This document shows positions 9,922-19,700 of a stretch of DNA of 64,000 nucleotides, in pieces. The DNA is from an uncultured Flavobacteriaceae bacterium. GTDB lineage: Bacteria > Bacteroidota > Bacteroidia > Flavobacteriales > Weeksellaceae. The translations under genes were made by a program, and so were the position numbers. Every line of letters starts with the position of its first letter. Within the stretch, counting starts at the first letter, position 1. The notes beneath the pieces are model-generated. The model was not told the DNA's origin and did no database searches. It was given only the letters and a program-made list of their open reading frames with translations. The DNA is taken from NCBI GenBank assembly GCA_963516675.1, contig CAUQBH010000002.1, forward strand, positions 35,237 to 99,236, in the 5' to 3' direction.

Positions 9922-11430
9922 TTATTTTGTTGAGATTTTGTCCATCCATTCGAAAAGTTCTTCCAAATCATAGTCGCCTCTGTGTACTATGTCCCAAGGC
10001 ATAGCAAAATCTACAGTTTTTTTATGATTTCTAAGAGTAGTCGCTAGAATTGTAGAAATCGCAAGGGAAGTATCCGCATCTTTGGCGCCGTGTCTTATTC
10101 TCCAGTTTTGAGTGGAGGTGTTTTTAATGAAATTCATCGGATTCATCATTTTTACGATATCCGCATCCGCCATTTGGGCTTTTGTATATTCATATGTTCT
10201 GGCTCCACCTTCGACAGGATATTCCGTTATGAAAAACTTGGCTGTATTATTATCGAAAGAAAATTTTGTAAAGTGCTTATTATCAACCGTTAAATCTCCA
10301 AACAAATTGTTTTCTCCAGCAGATAAATCCAAGGCATCAAACGCAGGAGCGGATTTACTTCTAGAAAGATATTCTTTGGAATAAGTTTTAAAATCCAGCC
10401 CTACTACTTTTTTATTTTTAAACTCAAGCCAAGAATATTTACTCAAATCATTTCCTTCCGAGATGGCTTTATTTGCTGAATTTATCACAAATTTTTTCAC
10501 ATATTCTTTGAATGTTCCTTCTCCTTTATCATTGAGCATCAATGTTTTTCCGTTTTCATCTTTTAGTTTTAAGGAATTGACATATTTGGGAAACATGGAA
10601 GCTAATTTGGGCTGAACAGCGATTTGTTCCTCAGTCAAGGTTTCTGTGAATATCTCAATATAACCAGGATGGACAAGATTTATTACCTTATAATCCTTCA
10701 CATGTCCATACTGCCATTCGTAGGCTGCATCAGCATTGTCAAGATTGGTAATTGGGCAATAGGCAGAGACCGCAAAAATATCATCTCTCGCAGCAGCAGC
10801 GCCTAATTCATTCAAGTAAGAATGATAAATTTTCTGATTTCCACTCGCTCCCAAAAGCGCTGAAAGGGCTCCGCCTGCGCTTGTCCCGTTAGAAATGATT
10901 TTTTCGGCATTACCCGGCATTATTTTATCATTAAATCTAAGATACCTCACCGCCGCCTTTAAATCTACTATCGCAGCAGGAGCTTTGCCAATGTATTGTG
11001 CTTTATCATTAGTAAGTTTACGCCCTCTTGCTCCTGGAGATGCCACTACATAGCCTTTGGACAGGGCGACAAGGATAGCATTGTCCTTGCCTGTTCTTCG
11101 GTCTTTTATTGGCTCTCCTGCTTGTGAGGACATATATCTACCTACATCATTTGGGAGGAAAATAGGCGCTGTATCAGCATTATACTTTCTGATGTTTTTT
11201 CCCTCGTAGTATTCCACAGGGATATAAATGTTCATACTCTGATATCGTACATCCACAGGATGGCTGACATAGACTACATCTTCGTAAGCTCTGAAAGAAA
11301 TTTCTTTTCCTGCGACCTGAGCCGTTTCTACAGTGTATTTTTCTGAATCAAAATTCAGAGAATACTCTTTGGACTGGGCGTGCATCATAGAAGCCACCAC
11401 TGCCATAATTCCTATTGCTGTTTTTTTCAT
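9922..11430 (-). CDS. Secreted alpha/beta-hydrolase (esterase/lipase-like; GTSAG nucleophile elbow)
   Basis: 502 aa with a signal peptide (MKKTAIGIMAVVASMMHAQ) and a GxSxG motif (NGTSAGGALSALLG). The exact family is not resolved. Confidence 0.55.
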   Translation of the reverse strand: MKKTAIGIMAVVASMMHAQSKEYSLNFDSEKYTVETAQVAGKEISFRAYEDVVYVSHPVDVRYQSMNIYIPVEYYEGKNIRKYNADTAPIFLPNDVGRYMSSQAGEPIKDRRTGKDNAILVALSKGYVVASPGARGRKLTNDKAQYIGKAPAAIVDLKAAVRYLRFNDKIMPGNAEKIISNGTSAGGALSALLGASGNQKIYHSYLNELGAAAARDDIFAVSAYCPITNLDNADAAYEWQYGHVKDYKVINLVHPGYIEIFTETLTEEQIAVQPKLASMFPKYVNSLKLKDENGKTLMLNDKGEGTFKEYVKKFVINSANKAISEGNDLSKYSWLEFKNKKVVGLDFKTYSKEYLSRSKSAPAFDALDLSAGENNLFGDLTVDNKHFTKFSFDNNTAKFFITEYPVEGGARTYEYTKAQMADADIVKMMNPMNFIKNTSTQNWRIRHGAKDADTSLAISTILATTLRNHKKTVDFAMPWDIVHRGDYDLEELFEWMDKISTK

Positions 11431-11589
11431 TTGACTAATTTTTCATATAAATATAATTAAAAAATTCTACTTAAAATTTATCTCAAAGTTAGTGGATATA
11501 TTTCAATCATTGATAAAATCTCTTGGGAAAATTGATTATAATATTTGATTTTTATTTACTTTTGGCGGAATTTTTAAATAGAATATATT

Positions 11590-12183
11590 ATGTCATTTAA
11601 CTTACCTAAACTAGATTATGCATACGATGCACTAGAACCTATAATAGATGCCAAAACTATGGAAATCCACCATACCAAGCATCATCAGGCGTATATAGAT
11701 AATCTTAATAAAGCCATAGAGGGAACCAACCTAGAAGGGAAAAGCATAGAAGAAATCTGTAAAGCAGCAGAAGCACCTGCGCTGAGAAACAATGGAGGAG
11801 GGCACTACAATCACTCTCTTTTCTGGGAAATTCTAACTCCCAATGGAGCTAAAGAACCTGTGGGAAATGTGAAAAAAGTGATAGAAAACTACGGAGGTTT
11901 TGAGAAATTCAAAGCTGATTTTTCAGAGGCTGCTAAGACAAGATTCGGTTCTGGATGGGCTTGGCTGTGTAAGAAAGCAAACGGCGAAGTAGAAATCTGT
12001 TCCACTCCGAATCAGGACAACCCACTGATGCCGAATGCTGGCTGCTCGGGAACGCCTATTCTAGGAATAGATGTCTGGGAACATGCATATTATCTAAATT
12101 ACCAAAACAGAAGACCAGACTACATCAGTGCATTTTTTGAAGTGATTAACTGGGACAAAGTAGAGGAACTTTACAACAAATAA
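11590..12183 (+). CDS. Superoxide dismutase, Fe/Mn family
   Basis: 197 aa with the canonical N-terminus [31 protein letters not shown] and C-terminal DVWEHAYY. Confidence 0.9.
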   Translation: MSFNLPKLDYAYDALEPIIDAKTMEIHHTKHHQAYIDNLNKAIEGTNLEGKSIEEICKAAEAPALRNNGGGHYNHSLFWEILTPNGAKEPVGNVKKVIENYGGFEKFKADFSEAAKTRFGSGWAWLCKKANGEVEICSTPNQDNPLMPNAGCSGTPILGIDVWEHAYYLNYQNRRPDYISAFFEVINWDKVEELYNK

Positions 12184-12193
12184 AAAAGTAAAA

Positions 12194-12233
12194 ATTGGGA
12201 TGAATTTTATATGAATTTGTTCCAATTTTTTTA
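12194..12233 (+). terminator. Putative terminator after sod (imperfect 7-bp stem + T-run)
   Basis: ATTGGGA...TTCCAAT followed by TTTTTTT. The loop is large, so this is a weaker call. Confidence 0.35.
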
Positions 12234-12259
12234 TTAAATTTAAACAAAAATTTATTGTA

Positions 12260-12967
12260 ATGAAAAATAAGATTTATTTTTGGATGATAGGTCTAGTGAT
12301 GACCTTGGTTTCGTGTAATGTAACCGCTGATATTACCCTGCACAAAGACAAAACACAGAGTATAGTGATGGACATCGATGGGAAAGAAGCAGCGAAAATC
12401 TTTAAAGATGAGAATAAGAAGGGTAAGAAAGATAAAGATGACCTCCCAAAAGAATGGACCAGCTTGTATGAGATGAACCTAAAAAAGGATAAAAAAGAAA
12501 GAATCACCGCTCCAGACACCATAGCAGTAATGAAAAAAATATATGTAAAAGGCAGCTATGATAAGGATGATCTGACAGATATTTCCTTTAAAACTGATAA
12601 ACTGACTAATAAAGAATTGTCCATTATGTTCAATAAAAAAGAGGAAAAATCCTTACCAATTCTTGATTTGTTCTCCAAAAATGAATGGGACGGGAAAACC
12701 CTGAAAATAAACACTTCTGTATTAAATGATATACTCATCAAAAAAAATAAAGATCAAGAATCTGATTTAGATTGGATGATATTTACTAAAGACTATCGGG
12801 TAACTTTCCATTTCAATTCGGAAATAAAGAAAATAGAAGGAAAACATGATTTGGTAAGAAAAGTAAATAACAACATGGTAGAAATAAAGTTTAATATAGA
12901 TGATGTAAGGAAAAAAGGATTTAAATTCAAGAACAATGATTCTTTTATAACAATTACTACGAAATAA
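12260..12967 (+). CDS. Hypothetical lipoprotein (lipobox LVSC; K/D-rich)
   Basis: 235 aa with a signal peptide plus LVSC. I recognise no family. Confidence 0.5.
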   Translation: MKNKIYFWMIGLVMTLVSCNVTADITLHKDKTQSIVMDIDGKEAAKIFKDENKKGKKDKDDLPKEWTSLYEMNLKKDKKERITAPDTIAVMKKIYVKGSYDKDDLTDISFKTDKLTNKELSIMFNKKEEKSLPILDLFSKNEWDGKTLKINTSVLNDILIKKNKDQESDLDWMIFTKDYRVTFHFNSEIKKIEGKHDLVRKVNNNMVEIKFNIDDVRKKGFKFKNNDSFITITTK

Positions 12968-13516
12968 AAACCAAGCTAAATAGGTACTTTTCATCAGGTT
13001 CAGCTTCAAAAACTGAATCTTATTTTTTTATTAACAATGTCTGTGGCTAATGAGGAAAAACTATCTTTATTCCATGTGGAAAACTTCCAAGAAAAAACAT
13101 TTTGAAATCCGAAATAAAATTCTAATGAGAAAAATTTTCCCACAAGTCAAGAATTATTTTCAAATAAAAACATTTGTTTTTTAATAGGCTTATTCACATT
13201 ACACTTGGTCACATTGTCTTTATTTCAGACTTATTCACGAATGTTGATAAGCTGTTTTATAAATTTATAATCAATGCTTTATGATGTGAATTATCTATGA
13301 ATTTCAGCTAAAATATTTGTGCTAAACTTTCATAAAAAATTTATCCACTAAACCCAGCTCTATAACAATATACATCATATATCTTTTTTAAATTAAATAG
13401 AAAAAATGAATATTGTGATAGTGTGTTGATTGGGGAATTTTTTGTTGGCTAAAATTTTTATTGGACAGATTAAAAATTTAACTTTGCAGAAAGTAATCAA
13501 ATAAAAATATATACAT

Positions 13517-14707
13517 ATGAAAACGATTAAACAATTTGATTTTTCTGGTAAAAAAGCCTTGGTAAGAGTAGACTTCAATGTCCCTCAGGATGAAAACCTA
13601 AAGGTAACGGATAATACCAGAATCACGGCTGTGAAACCTACTATTGAAAAAATTCTTTCCGATGGCGGTTCGGTTATCCTGATGACCCACCTTGGACGAC
13701 CAAAAGGAGAGAAAAATGATAAATACTCACTAAAACATATTCTTCCTGAGATAGAAAATATTTTGGGTAAATCGGTGAAGTTCGCTGAGGACTGCATCGG
13801 AGAAGAGGCTGTAAAACTGGCTTCTGAGCTGAAAAGTGGAGAAATCCTTTTATTAGAAAACCTTAGATTCTATAACGAGGAAGAAAAAGGAGACAAAGCA
13901 TTTGCAGAAAAGTTAGCCAAGTTAGGCGATGCGTATGTGAATGATGCCTTCGGTACGGCTCATAGGGCACATGCTTCTACGGCTGTTATCGCTGAGTTTT
14001 TCCCTCAAACTAAATTTTTCGGGCTGCTTATGGCGAAAGAATTGGAAGCGATAGATAAAGTCCTTCACTCTGGAGAAAAGCCTATCACAGCGATACTTGG
14101 AGGTTCTAAAGTTTCCACTAAAATTACGATTATAGAAAACATTTTGCCAGTGGTGGATAATCTGATTATTGGTGGAGGAATGGCTTTCACTTTTATCAAA
14201 GCGCAGGGCGGAAATGTAGGAAATTCTTTGGTGGAAGATGACAAGCTGGATTTGGCTTTAGAAATTTTAGAAAAAGCTAAAAATCAGAATGTTAAAGTAT
14301 ATATTCCTGTGGATGTTATCGCAGCGAAAGAGTTTAACAATGATGCCGAAAGAAAAGAAGTGGCAGCAAATGAAATTCCAGACGGCTGGATGGGACTGGA
14401 TGTAGGAAGCGAGTCACAAAAGATAAATAAAGATGTGATTATGAGTTCCAAAACTATTCTTTGGAATGGTCCTTTGGGAGTTTTTGAAATGTCTAATTTT
14501 GCTGAAGGAACTAAGGCTCTGGGAGACAGCATAGCAGAGGCTACTAAGTCTGGTGCGTTTTCTCTCGTAGGGGGAGGGGACAGCGTGGCATTCGTGAAGC
14601 AGTTTGGCTACGCAGATAAGGTTTCTTATGTATCTACAGGGGGTGGAGCGATGCTGGAAAGCCTTGAGGGACTGGAGCTTCCAGGAGTATCAGCTATTAA
14701 CAAATAA
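13517..14707 (+). CDS. pgk: Phosphoglycerate kinase
   Basis: 396 aa with conserved blocks [22 protein letters not shown] and GGGDSVA. Confidence 0.92.
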   Translation: MKTIKQFDFSGKKALVRVDFNVPQDENLKVTDNTRITAVKPTIEKILSDGGSVILMTHLGRPKGEKNDKYSLKHILPEIENILGKSVKFAEDCIGEEAVKLASELKSGEILLLENLRFYNEEEKGDKAFAEKLAKLGDAYVNDAFGTAHRAHASTAVIAEFFPQTKFFGLLMAKELEAIDKVLHSGEKPITAILGGSKVSTKITIIENILPVVDNLIIGGGMAFTFIKAQGGNVGNSLVEDDKLDLALEILEKAKNQNVKVYIPVDVIAAKEFNNDAERKEVAANEIPDGWMGLDVGSESQKINKDVIMSSKTILWNGPLGVFEMSNFAEGTKALGDSIAEATKSGAFSLVGGGDSVAFVKQFGYADKVSYVSTGGGAMLESLEGLELPGVSAINK

Positions 14708-14722
14708 TTGTAATTATAAAAA

Positions 14723-14757
14723 GAAGCGAACTCTAAATTTTAGGGTTCGCTTTTTTA
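14723..14757 (+). terminator. Rho-independent terminator after pgk (GCGAAC...GTTCGC + TTTTTT)
   Basis: AAGAAGCGAACTCTAAATTTTAGGGTTCGCTTTTTT. Confidence 0.65.
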
Positions 14758-14799
14758 TGAATATTTTTAAGTAAAATATTTTATATATATGAAAATTTA

Positions 14800-15636
14800 T
14801 TAAGTACAATCCCAATTGTACATTACATCATCAAACTGGCATTTTGCCAAATCTTCTGGGTTTATAAAGAAGTTAGCCACGCCACAATCGCCCCATATAA
14901 TCTCTACATCTTCTATTTCATCAGAATCTATTTGAAGAAGAAGTAGGGTATGAGGGTCATTTTTTTTACGAGGATCATCTTGGGTGAAATAAGGATAACC
15001 ACCAATCTTGTGCCCTGTGCTATCTAAATCACGAATAAAGTTAGCTTCATCAGGTAACTGATATAGATACTCTATTTTGTCTGAAAAGGTTTCATTCCAC
15101 TTTTCTATAAAAAGTTTTTGTGTGGAATATTCGTCCAATGAAAAAGTTTCAATTTCTTTGGTAAAATGTAAAGCAAACTGCAAATCAGCATCAAAAGGCA
15201 GATTGTCATTATCAAAAACATAGTCCTCTATAAAATCATCAGTGGACAAAGCTTCACTAATAGTAGGATAGTAGAGTACTCGCTTAAAATCATTACTGCA
15301 AGGATTGTCAAAGTCTAGCCCAAATAGATAATCTTCAGTATCTGCTATCCAGAACTGTAATAGACCTTTTTTAGGATAGATATTGTTTTCGGGTAGTTGT
15401 TCACAGTTAATTTGTGCCAGCATAAAGAGTGGTTTGCCTTCAGCACTTGTAGGTAATGAGCCTCCTTTTGGGACATAGGGCATACCACCGAATTTACTAT
15501 CGGTAAGTGCTAAACTATCAGATAAGAATAGTTTGATACGAATCATCTCCCGCTGTGTAGCAGCATTAAGGTCAGCAACTAATTGCTCAATTTGTTCTTG
15601 TGTAGGAATCATTTTTATTATGTTTTTGATAGACAA
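14800..15636 (-). CDS. DUF1963 (YwqG-like) domain protein
   Basis: 278 aa. FGGMPYVP...LQFWIAD...IGGYPYFTQDDP and the C-terminal DCGVANFFI resemble the YwqG/DUF1963 fold. This is recall, not a search. Confidence 0.5.
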   Translation of the reverse strand: MSIKNIIKMIPTQEQIEQLVADLNAATQREMIRIKLFLSDSLALTDSKFGGMPYVPKGGSLPTSAEGKPLFMLAQINCEQLPENNIYPKKGLLQFWIADTEDYLFGLDFDNPCSNDFKRVLYYPTISEALSTDDFIEDYVFDNDNLPFDADLQFALHFTKEIETFSLDEYSTQKLFIEKWNETFSDKIEYLYQLPDEANFIRDLDSTGHKIGGYPYFTQDDPRKKNDPHTLLLLQIDSDEIEDVEIIWGDCGVANFFINPEDLAKCQFDDVMYNWDCT

Positions 15637-15648
15637 ATTTAAAAAATA

Positions 15649-16395
15649 TTAAAAACTCATATCTTTTACTGATTTTATATTATTTTTTGAAGAAAGAATA
15701 ATTACGATTTCAACTATGTTGTTATTATTTTCTTCGGTGGTCGCATTGAATGTTATAATATTGTTTTTCAGGTTTTTATCAACTTTATTGATGATTATTT
15801 CTTTTTGTAGAAAAACTTCATAGCATTCAGAAATTATTTCTGAAACTTCAGTATTTTCATCAATTTCAATTTCAAAAATAAGGTTAGAAGATTTTTTCAT
15901 GAAAACAGTTTCTACCTTTTTCAGTGCTATCATGATGATGAGCATAAAAATAATGGCAATGAGTGCAATGTTATAAAATCCCCAGCCGATTCCTAAGCCT
16001 ACGCAACCAGTTGCCCAGATTCCAGCCGCGGTGGTCAGTCCGCCCACTTCGCCTTTTTCTTTGATGATGCTCCCAGCACCTAGGAAACCTATTCCACTGA
16101 TAACCTGTGCCCCAAGACGCCCTAAGTCTGTTTTCATAATTGCAGCAAGACCTTTGAAATCTTTTTCAAAGCCGTAGATATTCAATCTTAGTTGATCTTG
16201 CACCATCGAAACTATCGCTGCACCGAAGCACACAAGAATGTAAGTTCTGAATCCAGCAGGTTTATGTTTTCTTTCTCTTTCGATGCCGACAAGTCCTCCA
16301 AAAATGACAGCCAGTAGAAGTCGTAGAAAAACAACATCCACAGTCAGCTCTCCTACAAATTTAATTTTTGATATGTTGCTAAAAAATTCAAACAT
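15649..16395 (-). CDS. mgtC: MgtC/SapB family membrane protein
   Basis: 248 aa. The N-terminal LRLLLAVIFGGLVGIERERKHKPAGFRTY is the MgtC signature, followed by a C-terminal soluble domain. Confidence 0.8.
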   Translation of the reverse strand: MFEFFSNISKIKFVGELTVDVVFLRLLLAVIFGGLVGIERERKHKPAGFRTYILVCFGAAIVSMVQDQLRLNIYGFEKDFKGLAAIMKTDLGRLGAQVISGIGFLGAGSIIKEKGEVGGLTTAAGIWATGCVGLGIGWGFYNIALIAIIFMLIIMIALKKVETVFMKKSSNLIFEIEIDENTEVSEIISECYEVFLQKEIIINKVDKNLKNNIITFNATTEENNNNIVEIVIILSSKNNIKSVKDMSF

Positions 16396-16483
16396 GATAT
16401 TTTATTTTTAAATTAAAAATTTTTTCAAAAAGTTATTTTTGAGTAAAAAATTGGCTTTAATAAACCTATTAAAAATTTATTTT

Positions 16484-17308
16484 TTAAGTTTTTTCGATAA
16501 TATATATCAAACTTGAAAATTCGCCCGTTTTTGATGCTTTAAAATTAGAAATCGCTCCATGAATTGCTCCAAAAAGCCAAAAAAGAGGATTTTTCTTATA
16601 TTTTTCACTTAGCATAGAGATATAATAAGAATCGAGCAGGAGAGGTTTTATTTTTCTGATTTTCCAATTTTCATTATTCATCAATTTTTCCATTCCTGAT
16701 TTTGAGAAATGCCAAATGTGTCTTGGTACATCATAGGCAGCCCAAAATTCTTTGTATTTTTTTCCGTCATAGGAAGTATGGTTCGGAACGGCAATGATGA
16801 GAAGTCCATTTGGTTTTAATTTCTCATGAAAAATTTTCAGGTATTTTTCTCTTTCCTCTATATGCTCGAAAACATGCCATAGGGTGATAGCATCCAGACT
16901 TTTGTTTTCTATTTCTGTGAGTTCTGGATTGGAAATGAAAACTGTTTTTTCGGATTTTTGTTTTGCAAAATTTCTTGCATTTTCATTTGGTTCAAATCCG
17001 AAAGTGGTGTATTCGTTTTCTATAAATTTCACAAACTCTCCCGCGCCGCATCCGTAGTCTAATATTTTCAGATGAGTTCCTATTTCATTCTTGATTATAT
17101 TTTTTTTGTAATTAAGATTAAACTTCTGTAAAAATTTATATACTTTTTCTTTCAAACTTCCCGAATCCTGATGATGCGAAATATAATTTTTGCTTTCATA
17201 ATATTTACCTAAATCATCGGGCAGGGGAGAAGTTTTATAAATCCCTTGGATTTCTGTTTCTATAATTTCAAATTCTTCCTGTGAGAGAAAGTGGTCTTTT
17301 ATTTTCAT
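16484..17308 (-). CDS. Class I SAM-dependent methyltransferase
   Basis: 274 aa with motif I ILDYGCGAGEF and downstream Rossmann-like blocks. Confidence 0.7.
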   Translation of the reverse strand: MKIKDHFLSQEEFEIIETEIQGIYKTSPLPDDLGKYYESKNYISHHQDSGSLKEKVYKFLQKFNLNYKKNIIKNEIGTHLKILDYGCGAGEFVKFIENEYTTFGFEPNENARNFAKQKSEKTVFISNPELTEIENKSLDAITLWHVFEHIEEREKYLKIFHEKLKPNGLLIIAVPNHTSYDGKKYKEFWAAYDVPRHIWHFSKSGMEKLMNNENWKIRKIKPLLLDSYYISMLSEKYKKNPLFWLFGAIHGAISNFKASKTGEFSSLIYIIEKT

Positions 17309-17326
17309 TTTAATTTTTTATAAAAC

Positions 17327-17358
17327 AATCACAATGTTTCACATGAAACATTGTGATT
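17327..17358 (-). terminator. Strong hairpin (14-bp perfect stem AATCACAATGTTTC / GAAACATTGTGATT, 4-nt loop) abutting the mnmG stop codon
   Basis: Perfect inverted repeat read directly. AT-rich flank. Probable terminator or attenuator between mnmG and the methyltransferase gene. Confidence 0.55.
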
Positions 17359-19221
17359 TTATTTTCCTAAATAAATTAATAAAACATTAATATCCGCTGG
17401 TGATACTCCTGATATTCTGGAAGCCTGTGCGATATTTTTTGGACGAATATTATTCATCTTTTGTAGAGCTTCCGAAGAAAGTGAAGCTACTTTGCTAAAA
17501 TCAAAATTATCTGGAATTTTTATATTTTCCATTCTTTGAAGTTTTGCTACATTTTCTTTTTCTTTTTCTATGTAGCCTTTGTATTTTATATTGATTTCTG
17601 CTTGTTCTTGTATTTCTTCAGAATATTCTCTCGTTTTATTTCCTATGATTTCTATTTTAGAAAGTTTTTCTAAATTTATATTAGGACGAGTTAATATTTG
17701 AGATGCTCTGTATGCTTGGTCTACAGGGTTGCTTTCATTTTCTTCAAGAATAGGATTTATAACATTTGGTTTTAATGATAATTCTTTAAGAAATTCTTCC
17801 AGCTCTCCAGACTTTTTAATTTTTTCTTCTACTTTTCTGAGTCTTTCTTCTGATGCTAAACCTATGTTATAGGATTTTTCAGTCAGACGGATATCAGCAT
17901 TGTCTTGTCTTAGAAGTAGTCTGTATTCTGCTCTTGATGTGAACATACGATACGGTTCTTCTGTTCCTTTCGTGATGAGGTCATCTATTAGTACACCTAT
18001 ATAGGCTTCATCTCTGCTGAGGGTAAATTCATCTTTGTTGTGAACTTTATTATGTGCATTGATTCCTGCAATCAGACCTTGTCCTGCTGCTTCTTCGTAG
18101 CCAGTAGTTCCGTTGATTTGTCCAGCGAAAAATAAATTTTCAATCAGTTTGGTTTCCAAAGTATGTTTCAGTTGAGTAGGAGGGAAGTAGTCGTACTCTA
18201 TGGCATAACCTGGGCGAAATATTTTAGCATTTTCAAAACCTGGTACATGTCTTAGTGCTTTGGCCTGAATATCTTCTGGAAGTGAAGAGCTGAAACCATT
18301 TACATAGATTTCAACAGTTTTCCATCCTTCTGGTTCTACGAAAAGCTGATGTCTGTTTCGTTCAGCGAAACGATTGATTTTATCCTCTATACTTGGGCAG
18401 TATCTTGGTCCTATACTTTGTATAGTTCCGTTGAACATTGGACTTCTATCAAATCCAGAGCGGAGAATATCATGCACAGTTTCGTTTGTGTAAGTGATAT
18501 AGCAGCTTCTTTGTTCTTTGAGTTTAGGAGTATCGAGGTAAGAGAATTTTTGTGGATTTTCATCGCCTTTTTGTTCTTCCATTTTGGAATAATCCAGACT
18601 TCTTCCATCTATTCTTACAGGTGTTCCTGTTTTCATTCTTCCTGCCTCAAAGCCTAAACTTACTAATTGCTCAGTAATTCCAAAGGCTTTTGGCTCGCCC
18701 ATTCTTCCGCCGCCGAATTGTTTTTCTCCGATATGTATCAGTCCATTTAGGAAAGTTCCATTGGTAAGAACTACTGCTTTACCACGAATTTCCACACCAA
18801 TGTTGGTAATTACTCCTGCAACTTTACCATTTTCTATAATGATATTTTTTACCATGTCTTGAAAAAAATCAAGATTAGGAGTGTTTTCTAAAGCTAATCG
18901 CCATTCTTCCGCAAAGAGCATTCTGTCGTTTTGAGTTCGTGGCGACCACATAGCAGGTCCTTTTGATAGGTTAAGCATTTTGAACTGGATAGCAGATTTA
19001 TCGGCTATAATTCCAGAATATCCACCGAGTGCATCTATTTCACGAACGATTTGTCCTTTCGCTATTCCGCCCATCGCAGGATTACAGCTCATCTGTCCGA
19101 TAGTCTGCATGTTCATAGTAACTAGCATAGTTTTAGAGCCGAGATTGGCTGCTGCTGCTGCTGCTTCACAGCCTGCGTGTCCTCCACCTACTACGATTAC
19201 ATCGTATATTTCGTTTATCAT
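17359..19221 (-). CDS. mnmG: tRNA uridine 5-carboxymethylaminomethyl modification enzyme MnmG (GidA)
   Basis: 620 aa. N-terminal FAD motif YDVIVVGGGHAGCEAA and conserved GidA blocks throughout. Confidence 0.93.
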   Translation of the reverse strand: MINEIYDVIVVGGGHAGCEAAAAAANLGSKTMLVTMNMQTIGQMSCNPAMGGIAKGQIVREIDALGGYSGIIADKSAIQFKMLNLSKGPAMWSPRTQNDRMLFAEEWRLALENTPNLDFFQDMVKNIIIENGKVAGVITNIGVEIRGKAVVLTNGTFLNGLIHIGEKQFGGGRMGEPKAFGITEQLVSLGFEAGRMKTGTPVRIDGRSLDYSKMEEQKGDENPQKFSYLDTPKLKEQRSCYITYTNETVHDILRSGFDRSPMFNGTIQSIGPRYCPSIEDKINRFAERNRHQLFVEPEGWKTVEIYVNGFSSSLPEDIQAKALRHVPGFENAKIFRPGYAIEYDYFPPTQLKHTLETKLIENLFFAGQINGTTGYEEAAGQGLIAGINAHNKVHNKDEFTLSRDEAYIGVLIDDLITKGTEEPYRMFTSRAEYRLLLRQDNADIRLTEKSYNIGLASEERLRKVEEKIKKSGELEEFLKELSLKPNVINPILEENESNPVDQAYRASQILTRPNINLEKLSKIEIIGNKTREYSEEIQEQAEINIKYKGYIEKEKENVAKLQRMENIKIPDNFDFSKVASLSSEALQKMNNIRPKNIAQASRISGVSPADINVLLIYLGK

Positions 19222-19250
19222 ATATTGTAAATAAGTTTAAAAATAATAAA

Positions 19251-19270
19251 AATGTTTCCCGTGAAACATT
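19251..19270 (-). terminator. Hairpin AATGTTTC-CCGT-GAAACATT overlapping the ybeY stop codon
   Basis: 8-bp perfect stem. The arms are identical to the core of the hairpin at 17327-17358. Confidence 0.4.
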
Positions 19271-19676
19271 AAAATAAATTGATATAAAAATCTTCTTTCG
19301 CTCTCATTTCTTTTTCTTCTTCATCGGATTTGTCTTTATATCCGCAAAGGTGAAGAACGCCGTGAGCCAGAACCCTTAGTAATTCCTTTTCAAAACTACT
19401 GGATAGGGTAGAGGCGTTTTCCGAAATGCGCGGCAAAGATATAAAAATATCTCCGCTTATGGTTTTGCCTTTTACATAATCAAAAGTGATGATATCCGTA
19501 TAATAATCATGATTAAGAAAATCCTGATTTACTTTTAGAAGGTATTCATCATCACAAAAAATATAATTGATATTTCCTACTTTTTTTTCTTCGTTTGAAA
19601 TAAGTTTTTCAACCCATTCCGAACAATTTTCAGGAAGGGTAATTTCCTCTACATTTTCAAAAAAATACTGTATCAT
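19269..19676 (-). CDS. ybeY: Endoribonuclease YbeY (rRNA maturation factor)
   Basis: 135 aa with the zinc motif HGVLHLCGYKD (H-x3-H-x5-H). Confidence 0.85.
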   Translation of the reverse strand: MIQYFFENVEEITLPENCSEWVEKLISNEEKKVGNINYIFCDDEYLLKVNQDFLNHDYYTDIITFDYVKGKTISGDIFISLPRISENASTLSSSFEKELLRVLAHGVLHLCGYKDKSDEEEKEMRAKEDFYINLF

Positions 19677-19700
19677 TCTGCTTTATTTATCTCTAAAAAA

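Noticed and set aside
13393-13578. 61-aa - strand ORF overlapping the pgk start
   Set aside because: It overlaps the strongly supported pgk start and promoter region. The translation is hydrophobic and low-complexity.
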